Of a stretch of 64,000 nt of DNA, positions 26,291 through 40,928 are shown one piece after another. Location of the stretch: NCBI RefSeq assembly GCF_964355755.1, contig NC_092671.1:3968001-4032000 (forward strand), read 5' to 3'. A program made the translations under genes and the position numbers. The notes under the pieces were generated by a model. It did not search any database and was not told the origin of the DNA. It saw only the letters and a program-made list of their open reading frames with translations. This DNA comes from Antedon mediterranea. Its lineage: Eukaryota > Animalia > Echinodermata. Numbering within the stretch: position 1 is the first letter of the stretch; the number at the start of each line of letters is the position of its first letter.

Positions 26291-26498
26291 AATGTCTGAG
26301 CTAAAGCGATTACTCACAAGAAAAAATCTTGCTCTTAGATAGAATCCCAGGAAGAAATAAAAAAGTGATTAACTCTAAAATAAAAATAAAATTTTGTTGA
26401 AGATATGGCACGCTAAAGGATTATTTGTGAAGATAAGCCGGCTTAATCCTTGCAATTATCCTTCTCAGTGGCCGTTTCGCATATCGCACCACGTTTTT

Positions 26499-26590
26499 AA
26501 TTCCCCTCCCTCTTTGTAATTCCCCTCCCCGTTTGTAATTCCCCTCCCCGTTTGTAATCCCCCTTCCCGTTTGTAATCTCCCCCCCCCAC
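26499..26590. repeat. 19-bp C-rich minisatellite (TTCCCCTCCCCGTTTGTAA) x4-5
   Basis: Directly visible tandem units. Confidence 0.85.
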
Positions 26591-28594
26591 CTTATTTATT
26601 TCCTCCATTGCATACTGAATAAACAATTTTTTTGATAATTATTGTTGACTGTTTCTTGTTGTATTTCATTTTTAATATCACATTTTAACCGTTATTACTA
26701 CTAAACTTTTATTAAATATTTTATTTAAATTGTTCACTATTTGCACAAAGTTTAGTGTGGTTTTCAAAAATCAATGGATTAAATAACTATCCATGTTTTT
26801 TTAAAGAATGACATATTTATTTTTGCATAGTCATTTTTATATTAATATCATTTACAAAACTTGTGCAAATGAATTTCTCCATCAGGAATCTGGTTCGTAA
26901 AACTAGTAGCTATTCATTATCTAGGGCTACGTCGGTGTTAAACCTTTACAAAGTATCAGAAGAAATATTACCCATTGCATAATAATTTATCAAGAAACTC
27001 GCCGATATAACATATCATATTGCTATACAATGCAATGTGTACAACAGGTAAGGTGTCACCGCGATTTATGGCTGACAATAATAAATGTACCTTGTATGTA
27101 CCTCATTTACAATATGTCCACCCAAACTTGTATGTGTTGTATAAAAACGTGTTGACAGCGATAATGCTCGCGGCACCTACTGCTGAAATCATCGTTCATA
27201 AGTTTAAATAGACACTTTTAATGTAAAAGGTAATTAATGTAAAGCCAAAGTCGGTACAATTATCTTTTATCACAATGATCACCTATAATTCGTCGAAGTG
27301 ACGAATTAAATTCTAGTTAATATAAAGCCTGTAACAAGGATTTGTTGTTCTTTTGTATAATGATGTTTGTTGAAATGAATAATGAACGATTTGAACCCAT
27401 ATATTTAAAGTAAGAGGTACCTGATTGCTATATTGAATGATCTCCACACGGATCAAAGGCAGGTCCATTTAAACTGTTATTAAATGAAGTCGTTTAATGT
27501 GGCCTTTTCTTCGTACAATGCAACCGCGGTATCCGTAAAACATGTCAATAACTGTCGTTAGTTTTGTAATAGTTTGATGATAATATGCTGAAAAATAGAC
27601 CGAATTTATTTCCTTGCGTTTGTGTTGAACATGGGAAAATGAATAGCGATATTATTGTTCGCCGGATCGTATTTTTAGCATCAGATGTTGCAAAACAGAA
27701 CATTCGCCCATTTATATCACTGTATATGTTGAAAAACAGAAACAAATATATATCGTTAGTCACTTCAATGCCAGCACGATACAAGTACTGGCCTAGTTTT
27801 AGAATTTACAGTAACATAATCACATTTCACACATTATACGACTAAATAGATCATTGATGCGGCTAATTGGCTTGTTTTTAAATATTAATACCCTGTTTTA
27901 TGAAAAGAGCTGTGTCATTGAAACTGATATTTCTGATCACACCGACGTCAGCCTAGTTTTTAGAATAGTTTTTAATAGTAGGCCTTGGAAGTTCATAATT
28001 AAACATGTAGGCCTATATTATCTGTAGGGCCCGTTACTAAAGCCTTCCCTGAGTAGGCATAAGATTGTGGACCTACGAAAGTAATGCAATGTATCCCGCT
28101 AGACTTGATAGCTGCTGAGCAATCTAAATTTGGAGTAGAAAACTTAGTTTTGTGTTGGTTTTCATTGTTTTTTTGATATACCACTTGATAAATGTGGCAT
28201 ATTGTGTATCATTTTCCTCTACACTCTGAGGGATTTCTAAGATGTTTCTATTTGTCCAAGTTTATGGCTATATATAGTATGCATTTATTGATACATTTTT
28301 ATACAGAAATTAAAAGGTTATTGTTATAACTGCTGCTGCTATACTATTGTCATCGTAAGTTTTTACATTGAATCACTAAAACGACATAAATAACAAAACG
28401 TTGTCGTTGGGAATAGGTCTATCTGTAATATTTCAAAACAGATTTGTTGAGTAAAAATACCAGTGAAAATCAAGACAAAAATCAAGCAAATGTGTGATAC
28501 GAACGTCTACGCCTAGGAGGAAAAATGCACATATTTAATCAAAATAATATCTGTATAACTAGAATATAAGAAATAAGAATTGATATATATACAT

Positions 28595-28597
<3 letters not shown>

Positions 28598-28656
<59 letters not shown>
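28598..28656. repeat. (TA)n microsatellite
   Basis: About 29 TA units. Confidence 0.95.
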
Positions 28657-28657
<1 letters not shown>

Positions 28658-28887
28658 TATTAAAATAAATGCCATGTCCTTTTGTTGAATTTGCAAATGT
28701 GTGCAAAATTGAAAACCTTTATCAAAAGATCGAATCTGATTCGATCAGACTATTTTATTGGTTGAAAAATATATACCATATAAAAGATAGTTAAGCATTT
28801 TCAAAGACATGATTGGTTCAGCCGATTCAGTTTCTGCGTGAATACCAATTTTTATGAAGTGTTAACTACCTATATCAAACACGCGCC

Positions 28888-29195
28888 TAACGACCGAGCG
28901 GCATCCTTTTTTACCAATTTTTGTTTTGTTTGCCTGAAGAGTAATTTCCTATGCGATTTGTACATTCCGACCAAAGTTGTTGTTTTTAATGTGTTTCTTT
29001 AATTCGGACCTGACGACCGCGCGGCATTTCTTTATTGTTTTGTTTTTGTGAAAGTGATTCCCTATATACATTCCAAAGTTATTGTTTTTAAATGTGTGTT
29101 TTTATTTGGAGCTGACGACCGCGCGGTATCTTTTTTATTATTGTTTGCTGTTTTGTTTTTGTGAAAAGTGATTTCCTATTTCGATTTCTACATTC
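28888..29195. repeat. Three diverged ~100-120-bp units
   Basis: ACGACCG(A/C)GCGG(C/T)AT...TTTTGTT...AGT.ATT.CCTAT...TACATTCC at ~28890, ~29013 and ~29115. Confidence 0.75.
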
Positions 29196-32100
29196 CAATG
29201 CTTTTGTTAAATAATCTGACATCTTTAAAGGTATTATTCCGCTAGGTCGGTTGCTCTTTTTTGTTTTTATTTTCACCACCTCATTTCCGACTTTGATAGA
29301 AATTTCAATTGTCTTTTTAGTTTTTCTATGATCTGTTAATGTCCCGGTTTTACTGTTCACTTTAGACGGTAATTCTTAAACCCATTTCCTTTTTACCAAA
29401 TCTCTTTATGTTTTCAGTTCATATTTATCAGGGCTTTGTAGTTTGTTTTGTGGTATTTTAATTCTTTCTGATGACTTGCGAAATGAAGTTACCTGTACAT
29501 CCATTAATGAGCCGCTTCAATTGAAATGATTGTTTTTTGTATAAGTTTCTTCCAACGATCTATAATTTTTTGTTTCGACTTTTTAAAGAAAATTTAAAGA
29601 AATTGGATCTTACAGAAATCTAAAGAAAATGTTGAAATTTAAGCTAGGATAAATTGAGAAGATATATAATAAGTTTTAAGTTAAATCGATTGTAGTAGGC
29701 CAGTTACATATATGGAAAAAAGTATTTATGTAAATACTGATGCTAAACTTAAATGTAATTTTTTTTTGAAGGAGTAGGATTTTACCCTTTTATGTTGTGG
29801 AAATAAAATGTAATTGAAAACAAGAACTAATATATTGAGGCTGGGATAAATTTTGGTAATAAAATGAGAATAAATCGAGAATACAACTAATATTGATACA
29901 CACAAACAAGGCTTTTAAAAGTTAGAAAGTTCAAATACCGTAGGCCTACACATTTATTTATTTATTGACCATTCATTTTTTTTATTCGGTAGCATGCAGG
30001 CGCCAAGACAGCGGTCTAGAAACAAAACAAAAAAAGAAAATGTTGTCGAAACAGTTTTTTTTAATGGGAAAATTATTTATCAAATCAAATTTGAGCAATA
30101 TCATGAAACAGTTGTCAAATGGTTAATACGAATTCCGAGTTCGAATCATGGTTGTAAAGGCTTTTTCTAATTTTCACAGATTTCCTCATCTTTATCGTTT
30201 CTAAATTAATTCATGTTCACTATATCACCAGGCGGTTTAGAATTTGTTCTGTTACTGTCATTTTATAACTATTAAATTGACATTATACAAGCAACAATAC
30301 AAGCAGTCTTCTGGAGATCTTTAACAAGAGACATTTTATCCCATGCAGAGCTTGAATAATTGGTATGCAATTAATAAAAAGAACAAAAATAAGAAAATGA
30401 TATTAAAAATTGAATAAATCCGACAATGAAACGAGACAATTTCGAATAAAATCCGACAATGAAATAAAAACGTCTTAATTTATTTATTGTTAGAAAAGAA
30501 AATGGTCTGGTTTTTTTTGTAATATAGTTCGGTTAGTTTAATTACGATATCTAATTTATAGGTTTGTCTGTGGTGAAGTGCATCAACTTTTTTCTTCTTT
30601 CATTCCTCGGTTGTTTTTGGTTTAGACTTTGGTTCCAGCGAGTATAAACAATTTCATCGTAAAATCTGACTTCGTAAATCATTTTAAGAAATGTGTTTTT
30701 AACCTGTAAAGTTCGAACTTAAATCACTCTCCTTCTTTTCAATTAAATGTTCTTACAATATTATTCGCTTTCAGGATTTTTTTCCTCTATTTTTTTTATT
30801 GCACATGACAAATCCAAAGTTTCTTGAAATGTGATTCAATTTAAAGATGCATTGTCCTCCAAAAACATGAAAACAGATCAGAAAATGAAACTTTAAATAT
30901 TCCATTTTACAGTTTTAATCAAGTTATTACTTCCTGAGAACAATCGGAATCATTTCAGTAGCATAAAAAAAAATAAAAATAAACTGTTGTTTTTGAAAAA
31001 CAAAAGTGCAAAATAAACTGTATCTGTAAAAATACAACTTGACTTTGTTAACTTTAAATATAGGGGTTTCTTCCGATCCAATTTTAGTGTAAGTAAATAA
31101 CTATTATATGACATTAAAATGGTGTTATTCAAAAAAAAAATCTCCTTCTTTTCAATTAAATGTTTCTTAGAAATGTGGTTCAACTCATTAAAACATCATC
31201 CAAGACAGACACAACGTGATTCTGATATTAATATAATTTTCTAAGAATATTTAGTTCAACAACACAATAAAATAAAAAAATACCACATTCTTCATTTTAT
31301 TATGATGTTTTAACACCCTTTTAGTAGACGGAATTGACTTGAATTCCCAATTTTCTTAGAATAGTTGTCAATATTTAGCATAATTTATTTGTTCATTATA
31401 CTTTATAGAATACTTTGAGTTAGTGGAACCACTATATTAAGAGGACACCTTCAACACCCAATTGTATGGGGTTTCTTTTGATCGGACTGTTAATGTATGC
31501 CCTTTGTTCGTATAGAATGTGTCCCCGTAATGGGTTTCCCGGGAATAATGATACTGTGTGTTAAAACGTATACCTCCGTTCGTTTCACTGAAAAGTGTCC
31601 CCTTAATAGAGGGTGGTGGTTCCAATTGGCCTTGAAGGAACTACTCTAGTTTGAAAAAAATTAGTACTGTAATTATTAATGACATACATTGCGTCTTCTT
31701 TCATTATCACTATGTTGCGATGTAACGCATGCGCAGATTATATTATGTTGTCACTTCTATTTTTATTAACCGTATATTTTTTTATTGAGTTTTTATTTTG
31801 ACATTAATGACTGCGGTAAACGTCAATCGAAGTGTACATTCCTCTCGGAGCACAAATACCTGAAAAGTTTACCAACACTTAATACACGCTACTCCAAAAT
31901 ATATGAGCGGCCGTTAGGGTCAAAACTATTTCGAACGTCAGCGATTTACGGTTGTTTTTGTTGGATACGTCGTCACAAACTATAGGCTTATTGAATCGTC
32001 AAAGTGGCTTAATTAAATAATAATAACAACATTCCGATCACCCGCGCAGATCAGATTAATAACATTGTTATCCTATCTGTTTGTATTGATCGGTGAACTT

Positions 32101-32917
32101 AAAAGGTGTACAGGTAAAAAGGGATGATCCTATGCATTGTCTTGTCATTGTGACTAAACAATCGATTACCAAACTTGTTTTATTTTGGTATTTTAATCTA
32201 CTTTAGTAATATAACCTAATTGTAAACGATAGTGTAATTGAGACCGATCATGTTAAGGTGATTTCTAAGACCGTAACTACTTCCGGATTCTGTCGATTTT
32301 TGAGTAGGAGTCGGGCTAATGTCACTTTATTTTTTGTATGCAATTAGGAGAGTTCTCAACAAAAACTTACAAAATCTATTAGGAATATAGAAATTAAGTT
32401 TTTATCATTTTGTCGTGCAACATAAAACGAGTTTCCGTCTACATCATTACATAAAACGCGTTTCTGTCTACAACATAAAACGCGTTTGAGTCTACAACAT
32501 AATCTAAAGCGTTTAAGCTTTATATTATATAAAACATAACAAAAAATAACGCATATTAACATTTAATGTGGATTTGTATGTATAATATTTCCAAAAAAAA
32601 TGTGATATCTCGATTAATTTTGTTTCCGTTTTAAATTTACGACATGAATTCGTGAAAACATGCCGTGTTTTATCTTTGTATAATTTATGTGGCATTTACA
32701 ATCTTGCACACAGTATATTATAATGTTCATTACTTTCTCTGAGTCAATAAATGTATCACTCCGCGGGGAGTGCTCACCTTTATACCAAACCGCTTAACCG
32801 TCCGTTTTCATCAACGTTTCTACAATGATTTCAACATCATCAGAAAATATCACTCTCGACAAAAACAACGATATAAGCTATTACACTTAATTAAATAAAA
32901 AACTACCGTATTAAGTT

Positions 32918-33045
32918 AAGCTCTGTCTACACTATCAATCTTTATGTGACACAAAAATGTAATGTGCCCATATATAGACAAGATGTCATCACTACCATAT
33001 TTAAGCATATCAGTACCATATTTTGGTATATTGTCAAACTATGTT
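32918..33045. mobile_element. AGCTCTGTCTACACT-family MITE copy
   Basis: TTAAGCTCTGTCTACACTATCAATCTTTATGTGACAC...TGTGCCCATATATAGAC...TACCATATT. Confidence 0.7.
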
Positions 33046-34421
33046 AACCTCATTCGTTAGGCACCTAAAACACTCTTTTCAAAGTAATTTCGGATCATTG
33101 AACCTCTTTAATAGAAGACTATTAACCCGGACCACCCATTTCAGGCGATCCTAAATTTATTATTAGTAATACAATGAATTTAATTGTAGAATAAAGTAAA
33201 TATTTTGTCGTCAACAAGTATTTATTGTAGAGCAACATGCTGTCGAATGTGCGAATTTTTGGAATTGTTTTTGATTTCCGGTAGCATATTTCATGAAGAC
33301 ACAATTCCAGTAAATGTGACCCATTTTTTTTAGTATTTATTAAATTTAAGATTTTAAATTCATAAGAATTTTCTTTAATTGACCAAATTATTGTATTGTA
33401 AAACATGCCTATACATATAGCTAGCCGATTCTCCTAGTACTGTATGTCTACGAAATTTTCATAATCTAGCTAGCATCTTAGTCAAATTTCTAAATGACAT
33501 TAAAAGTTTACGTAGAGAAATTTCTTTCCTAAGACTCTAAGATCAGATCTAAGAAACAAATTCATCATTTTCAAGTGAAGTGACCACGTTATCCAGTCAC
33601 TTCAAGTAAAATTTAGATTTCCAAAATAAAGAGGGAAGAGAAAGTAGGTCATCCGCAGAAAAAATAGAGTTTACATCAAATAAAAAGATAGCATAACTAC
33701 AAATAGGCTATAGGCCTTTAAATTAAACGAAATGATAGAATTAGAAAAATTAGAAACATCGGAAAGATGGTAAATTTCGAATAATATCGGTTTTGAATTG
33801 TATAAACTTGTATTATTCTTTATGCTTTTTCCCCATTTATAATGCTTTCTCCATAAAGCTAAGTCAAAAGAAAAACAAATGGGCCTATAAACGGTGATAG
33901 AATTTAACACTTAATACAAACTTATTTAAATTTATTGTTAAATTCTTAAGTTATAATGTTTTATCAACACAATAACCTGCACTAGTAGGCCTATGTTGAT
34001 TTACTTACAATACTTAATATACTTTTTAGGGTATAATTTTATAATTATTATAAATTATTATAAATATTATAACATAATACTTACTATTATACGCTGATTT
34101 ACTCTCTGTACAAACGCTACTGACATTCTTACAATTGGTTAGTGTAATAAACTAATTGCCTGCATACACGCAAGTATCGCATAGCAAAGACCTTACAATC
34201 ATTATTATACTTTTTTAAATTCATACACGATATTGATAAATTATATTATAACTTTGTAACTTTAGCCAAGTTGATAAATGTACAGCATTCGAAATATGTA
34301 TTGATAAAGCGATCAATTGTATTCGACTTTTTTTATATTCATTTAGGCCTATTGGTTTTTTTTTGTTATGATAGAAAGCTTTTCCTTTTCCATTTAAGCG
34401 AAAATTATATTGATGATTTTG

Positions 34422-34610
34422 CGGCGTTGTGGTACGTTATACAGACAGACCCGGGTTCAATTCCTGATATACATCTCCCAGTTCACTAAACTGTAAAATG
34501 GTTATCTGGTCGAAAAATACGGGGATAAGGTGGCGTGGAAAGAAACAAGCCGCCCTACCGCATCTGCTAAGGCTTAGTAGGCCTACATAGAGCTCATTCC
34601 CTTATGTTGA
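34422..34610 (+). mobile_element. tRNA-derived SINE with a CORE-like segment, ~0.8 kb upstream of the Wnt1 ATG
   Basis: A-box-like GTTGTGGTACG, B-box GGTTCAATTCC (~34453), and CTCCCAGTTCACTAAACTGTAAAATGG resembling the CORE-SINE motif CTCAGTTTCCTCATCTGTAAAATGG. Confidence 0.5.
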
Positions 34611-35416
34611 TATTCCGTTTTTTATTTTTAATGAATATATGATATATTGTAAAGAGGGCAGAGCAACACTTAGCAAAGGGTGACATTTACGTATAAGCCT
34701 ATCATTGTAAACCAAATTAATGATAACATTCTTCTATGTAGGTGTTTTATTAAAACATCAATTACACGAATGCGTTACATGTTTGATCTTAAATGATATG
34801 CCATGACCATCGACTGAACTTGTTACAAACACGATAAACACAAACACTCACAGACCTCGTCTCGATTTTAATTTAATCGAGTGAAAACGATACCTAACTA
34901 TTTTGTTGTCTATTATACTGCACCGGGTAGACGTGCTCGACCCGTATCTGACGTTAAATGATACAGACAGTTCGTGCACCGTAAAAAACGTGCGAATTGG
35001 TGGTCGGTTGCGATGAAATGGCCGCGGGCTGGCGAGAAAATTACTCGACTATCTATACCACCGTGACCATGATTGGTTCGAAGTTTAAACGACCAACGCT
35101 GGTATGAAGAAAAAAACACTGAAAGCCAACTCGGTAAAACCGCTTCATCTTGGCTAAGTGATTTGTTTCGGTGATATTTCTATGTGATGCTTGAGAATTA
35201 AGTTAGGCTTGGTTTGTTGGAATGAAATAAGCTCTTTCTATGGTGATTGACACGTCGTCTATACGCATGGTGCGTCTATTGTTTAGCGGTTACGTTTCAG
35301 ACCGCATCATGTTGTAAAAGCAGATTAAACCGTTTTAATACAGTATCATTTTCGGTATCGAAGAAGACAGACCCGGTTCTGATAAAGTTCCCCTTCCCTG
35401 AATCGCCTCTATAAGG

Positions 35417-38400
35417 ATGAATTTAAATTGGTTGATGGGGTTGATCGTGCTACCGACTGCGAGTATGCTGGCCAAGAAGACGACGGCTGCCGCAAGCGGC
35501 AAGTGGTGGTAAGCTTAGCCAATGATTTATTTTTATATATTTTCTAAGCAACATATTACGGATGTTCAGCAAGAATAACTGTCTTTATGTTTGATTGATG
35601 ATTCCAAAACTTTTATTTGACTTTATAACGTTAAGGAAGGTTATGCTTGTTCCGTCTTCGGTTGCGATGCATGGTAGGGTAGCCCTAACATGTAGACCTA
35701 CCGATTAACATTACTTATTACGGAACTGTATACATAGACGTACTTAGATCTCAACATTTATTTTAGTTTAATTAATGTATTATAAGTTTTATCGCTCAGC
35801 GTAAACAAGTGTACATTTACAATACAGAGCGTGTATCTAAAAACCTTAAATTGGTACTAACCAAGGCATAAATAACTTATGTTGCGTAGATAATCAAATT
35901 AATTTTGTTTAATTATGGAATTTAATTAATTAAGGTTCATAAAGTGTAACCAGTGTAGGTCCCCTGAAATCGGTATACCATACGGTACCGCCTTAACATT
36001 ACAATAATTTAATCTATACAAATAATTGATAATAAAGTAATTGACTTTGCGTATAAATAGTTTTTATTTTAAAAGCAAATTAAGAACATACGCTCATTTA
36101 CAGACCCCTACGTTTACATTTACTAGAATAACTCTATATTAATGTTTACTGTATACTTATTCTTATGACGTAATGTAAAATGCCGCAAGTATACTTACAT
36201 TGTCTGTATTATTTCTTCAGATTAGTGGTCTATCATTTTAAAATTTACCCCTAACTGATTATTACATAAAAAGCACAAAATCTTTAATTAAAGTTGGACG
36301 CGAATTTATTTTATTCTTTATTAATTTATAAAATATAAAATATCTTTATTATTTCCTTCATGTTTTTAATATATCAATTTGTGTTCATAATTTAGGTTAG
36401 TATTTAATACAGTAATGTAAATTCAAAATTATAGTTAAATATTACCATTAATTCCTTTTATACACCAGCTGTGTTTTCTCAGTCTTAAAATTGGACAGGA
36501 ACACACCAACGTGGTCTGCAAAATAAACTACATGTATCTAGTCACAAATCATAAAAGTTGTTATAAGTATAGACGAGTATTAGTTTTGAAAATGTGCGCA
36601 AATTTAAAGGGCACCGTTTCTCTTTTAATGCTGAGTGTCAAAATAAAAATATATATATATATATAAATTCAGACCCCCCCCCCCCCCTTCAGTCACTAAT
36701 TACACAGCTACCAATTATATTTCCCCAATCAAGCTTGTAATTGGAACAGTATAATTCAGATAATTTGCGTAATAGTGTTAGGCTATCGTTATTATTACAT
36801 GCTATCGTTATTATTACGGCAATTGCCGCCCAATACACGTCATTCCGTATGTTAACACGTTACCACCGACACGGTTATGGTGCTGTAATGACTACAACCT
36901 TTAGCCCACTCTACAGGCATTCCAGAACCCCCTTCCTTATTTCAAATTAGGTCTGGTGACTAAATTGCAATAACAAACAACACCTTTTAAAATGGAAAGC
37001 TTGTAATATATTTTCTTAATGTACTTTTAAAACCTTGTATAATTAAGATGGTTAGACCTATACTTTTGGTATACTTAAATGAGGTGTGACCCAAACCCTT
37101 GACATTCTTATTATACTTTACACAACAAACCGTTCTAACTTCTAATGCCGAAACAATTATGTTTAATTTCAATATTTCCGGTGGCGAAAAGGCAGTCATC
37201 TTTAATTAGATTTAGTATTTAATTTACAAAGACAATTCTTAATACCTAATTCGCTTTGTGTTTCCCGACATCCTCGTGTCGACAATGTTGTTTTTCTAAT
37301 TGTTCTGAATACCGTCTTAAAGGAAGCTAAGTACCCGATACATGCCCCCGTCTCACCAGTTATGTTTGAACTTGTCTTATCCACAAATATGGATGTGATT
37401 AGTAGTGGCATTATACAGTAATTATCAATAGGATTTATTAATTAGGTAATTAGCGATGTCCTTTGTTAATACGTTGTAAACTATTCCGCTTTCTATGCTA
37501 CGGTACGGTATCCGCTTGTAGAAATCTTGAATATTTTTGGGGGGTTTTTTGACGTAAAAAAACTCACCGCTTGTTATTGTAAACCAAATAGAGGAGCTAT
37601 ATACCGACGCGGTATGAAAAGACATGAAATCAATTTTAGTTAATAAAGTAGGCTATATATATATATATATATATATATATGTAGGCCTATCTGTACAAGT
37701 CTTGTTCTTAAATAAATACAATTCAATTATTCACATTCCGTAGATATTCTTAACTTACAGTCTAGTTATCGCAAAATGCCCACACACAATATGTAACAAT
37801 TCTGTTCTATATTTAGTAACATTTTTAGGTCTTTTTATAATTCGATGTAGACATATATTTAGAAATATAATTTCCACGTGTCTCAAACGGTGTCCCAACA
37901 CCTGATATCCATGTACTATTTTTTTTATCCATAGGGGTATTGCAACGTCACAGCAGAAATCAAATATGGTTCTCGATACGCAAGGAGCACCTGTCTATTC
38001 ATCCGACTACAAGATCCAAGCGTTAAACAAACGGCAACGGAAAATAGTGCGCCAACATCCCGGTTCTTTAGAGGTGATAGCGGACTCTGTACGCGAAGCC
38101 GTATTAGAATGCAAACACCAATTCAAATCAAGAAGATGGAATTGTCCAACAAAAGTCGATGACAGAAATGGAAATGATTTATTTGGAGAAATATTAAATT
38201 TTGGTAGGCATACGTTCAATTCACGTTCAACAACACTAACGTCATTTTTCGCATTTCATTCATTCATTTATTCAATAGTAGGCCTATGTAGGCCACTGGC
38301 CCAAGTACAATAATAGAAAATAATACATATTATAAAATTTAAGAAGTAGTAACAGCAAAATAATTAGTTCTCTTTTTATATGCCAAAAAAGCCAATCTTA

Positions 38401-40928
38401 CCAGGTTATTTGATTACATATGATTCGTGACGTCATGTTTTTACATTAGCATTTAATTTATTTCAAGCATGAGTAAACATGCTTAATATAATTATAACAT
38501 TTAATATACAATTTCACCTCTAAACATGATAAAAACGGGTTTCCTTTATATTGTAGGCCTAAATTGTTACTTTAATAACACTGTAATGTAGCTTCGGTGT
38601 GCTTAGCTAGGTATGTGGTATGGCTTGGCAGGTGAGACGGCTCACCCCGGTTTAAACCCAATGAACGCCGGCAGGTAATGGGGTCGCTGAACGGCCTAAT
38701 GGTGGGTGTCTTTTGTGGCACTTGCTAGTCGCATACCTTACAATTTATACCACTATTTGAAACATTTCCATCGTTTTCAACTTAAACATATTTGTGTCGT
38801 GTTTAATTTTCCTTAGAAGATTTTTCGTTTAACATGATACGGGATCGTTTTTGATGTTCGTGACTTTGCTGATGATTCGTTTATGACGTATCCAAAAAAA
38901 AAAATAAACGACCTCGTGAAACACGGTTTAATACCATAATAAATTAATATTTTAAGTTTAAAACCAATGAAAAGTCAAAGAGAACGTTGAATCCAAAATT
39001 TGGAAAGTTCAAATATGAAAGTTCAATGCACGAAAAAAAATGTATTGATTTTCTCAATAATAATAATGTAACATTGTTTACGTAATATTATAGTACCCCT
39101 ATTTAGGGGACACCTCATGGTATCTTATAATATTGATTTTATTTTGGGGGCTGGTGGTTCGTATATACTGAATAAAATCTCTCATTGTAGAGAACTAGCA
39201 ACTTACTTAACATTGAGTTAATCAAATTGTATTACGATTTTGTTTCAGGGTGCCGAGAAACAGCGTTCGTAAACGCAATAACGAGCGCAGCCGTGGCTCA
39301 TTCGATCGCCAGAGCTTGCAGCGACGGATCTATGGAATCATGTTCATGTGATTACAATAATAACAATGCAATAATTAAAGAGAAGGGAGAATGGCAATGG
39401 GGAGGATGCAGTGATAACGCACAGTTTGGAAAGACGTTCTCGAAGAAGTTCGTTGATGCCGGAGAAAAGGGAAAAGATCTACGGTTTCTCATAAATCTAC
39501 ATAATAATGAAGCCGGAAGAAGGGTAAGATATTTTGACGTCATTATCTTCTGTTTCCAGTAGTAATACAATCGTCATTATCATTTCGTCATCACCACTAT
39601 CAGCCTCGCATCGGCACCTTTACTAATATCATTGTCATCCACCGTCACAGCGGTAATTTCATTATCCCAATGACAATTTCATTATCCCATTGACAATGTC
39701 ATTACCCCATTGAAAATGTCATTACCCCAGTGACAATTTCATTATCCCAGTGAAAATTTCATTATTCGAATGGATGGCAATGTCATTATCCCAGTGACAA
39801 TTTCATTATCCTGAGTGACAATTCCATTATCCCAGTAACAATGTCATTACCCCAGTGACAATTCCATTATCCCATAATGTCATTATCTCAGTGACAATTT
39901 CATGATCACATTTACATCCTCTGCAACATCCTTACCACACTGTGAACGACCTATAAGTTAAGTTTGCGTGGTGTGATGTGTGCGTAAGCGCATCTCAGCT
40001 AATCACAATCTATTAGTTCAGGATGTTTATGTTTTACACAGCATAACTTTTAATTTATTGTCGTCTCGCAAATTACTAAACATGTAAACAAACAAACCTA
40101 CACACTTGGCCCCTTGCAGTTTATGGCCGTTTTACGTTCCAAATTGATTGGGGCAATGTTGATCTTTGAAAGGTTAGCATGGTATTTGCATTCGTCCACC
40201 ACTCAGCTTGGCTGACCTCTTGGTCAAATACCACCTCCATGGTGTGTTAATCAAAGGTGCGACCGTTGTGGATAATTAAAAGCGATAGGCCAATCTAAAG
40301 TAATTTACAAATAGGCCTAGTTCAATTCCGACAAAGCTGAATCAACATTATGATTGGGAATGAACTCAATGTATCGTTTAATTAGAAGATTTTTGATACA
40401 TTTAAATTTATAATGAGGATATTCTCATATTTCTTTCAGACGATCGTCTCCGAGATGAAGCACGAGTGTAAATGTCATGGAATGTCTGGTAGCTGCACCA
40501 TCAAAACCTGCTGGATGCGTTTACCGACCTTCAGAAAAGTCGGCGAAATATTTAAAGACCGGTTTGACGGGGCATCACGTGTAGCAATTAGCAACTCCGG
40601 CAACCGTAACAACGGAAACACGGTAAAGAATCTGCAACCCAGCAACCCTAGCCACAAACCAGCCACTAAACGGGATTTAGTTTATTATGAAGATTCGCCC
40701 GACTTTTGCGGGACTGGTAACGGACGACTAGGAGAATTTAACACGAGTGGACGAGAATGCAATGCTACGTCGATAGGTCTTGACGGATGCGAACTAATGT
40801 GTTGTGGGCGGGGATATAGCACAGAAGTTGTTACAATAACGGAACGATGTAGTTGTACTTTTCACTGGTGCTGTGAAGTCAAATGTAAAGAGTGTTCGAC
40901 GGTTAAAGAAGTTAATAAATGTTTGTGA
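35417..40928 (+). CDS. WNT1: Wnt1 (wingless ortholog), 374 aa
   Basis: Exons 35417-35508 (signal peptide ...SGKWW), 37935-38203, 39249-39523 and 40440-40928; 1125 nt, in phase. Motifs: [87 protein letters not shown]. Confidence 0.95.
39652..39905. repeat. 20-bp minisatellite (TGACAATTTCATTATCCCAG) x~12 in Wnt1 intron 3
   Basis: Directly visible tandem units. Confidence 0.9.
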
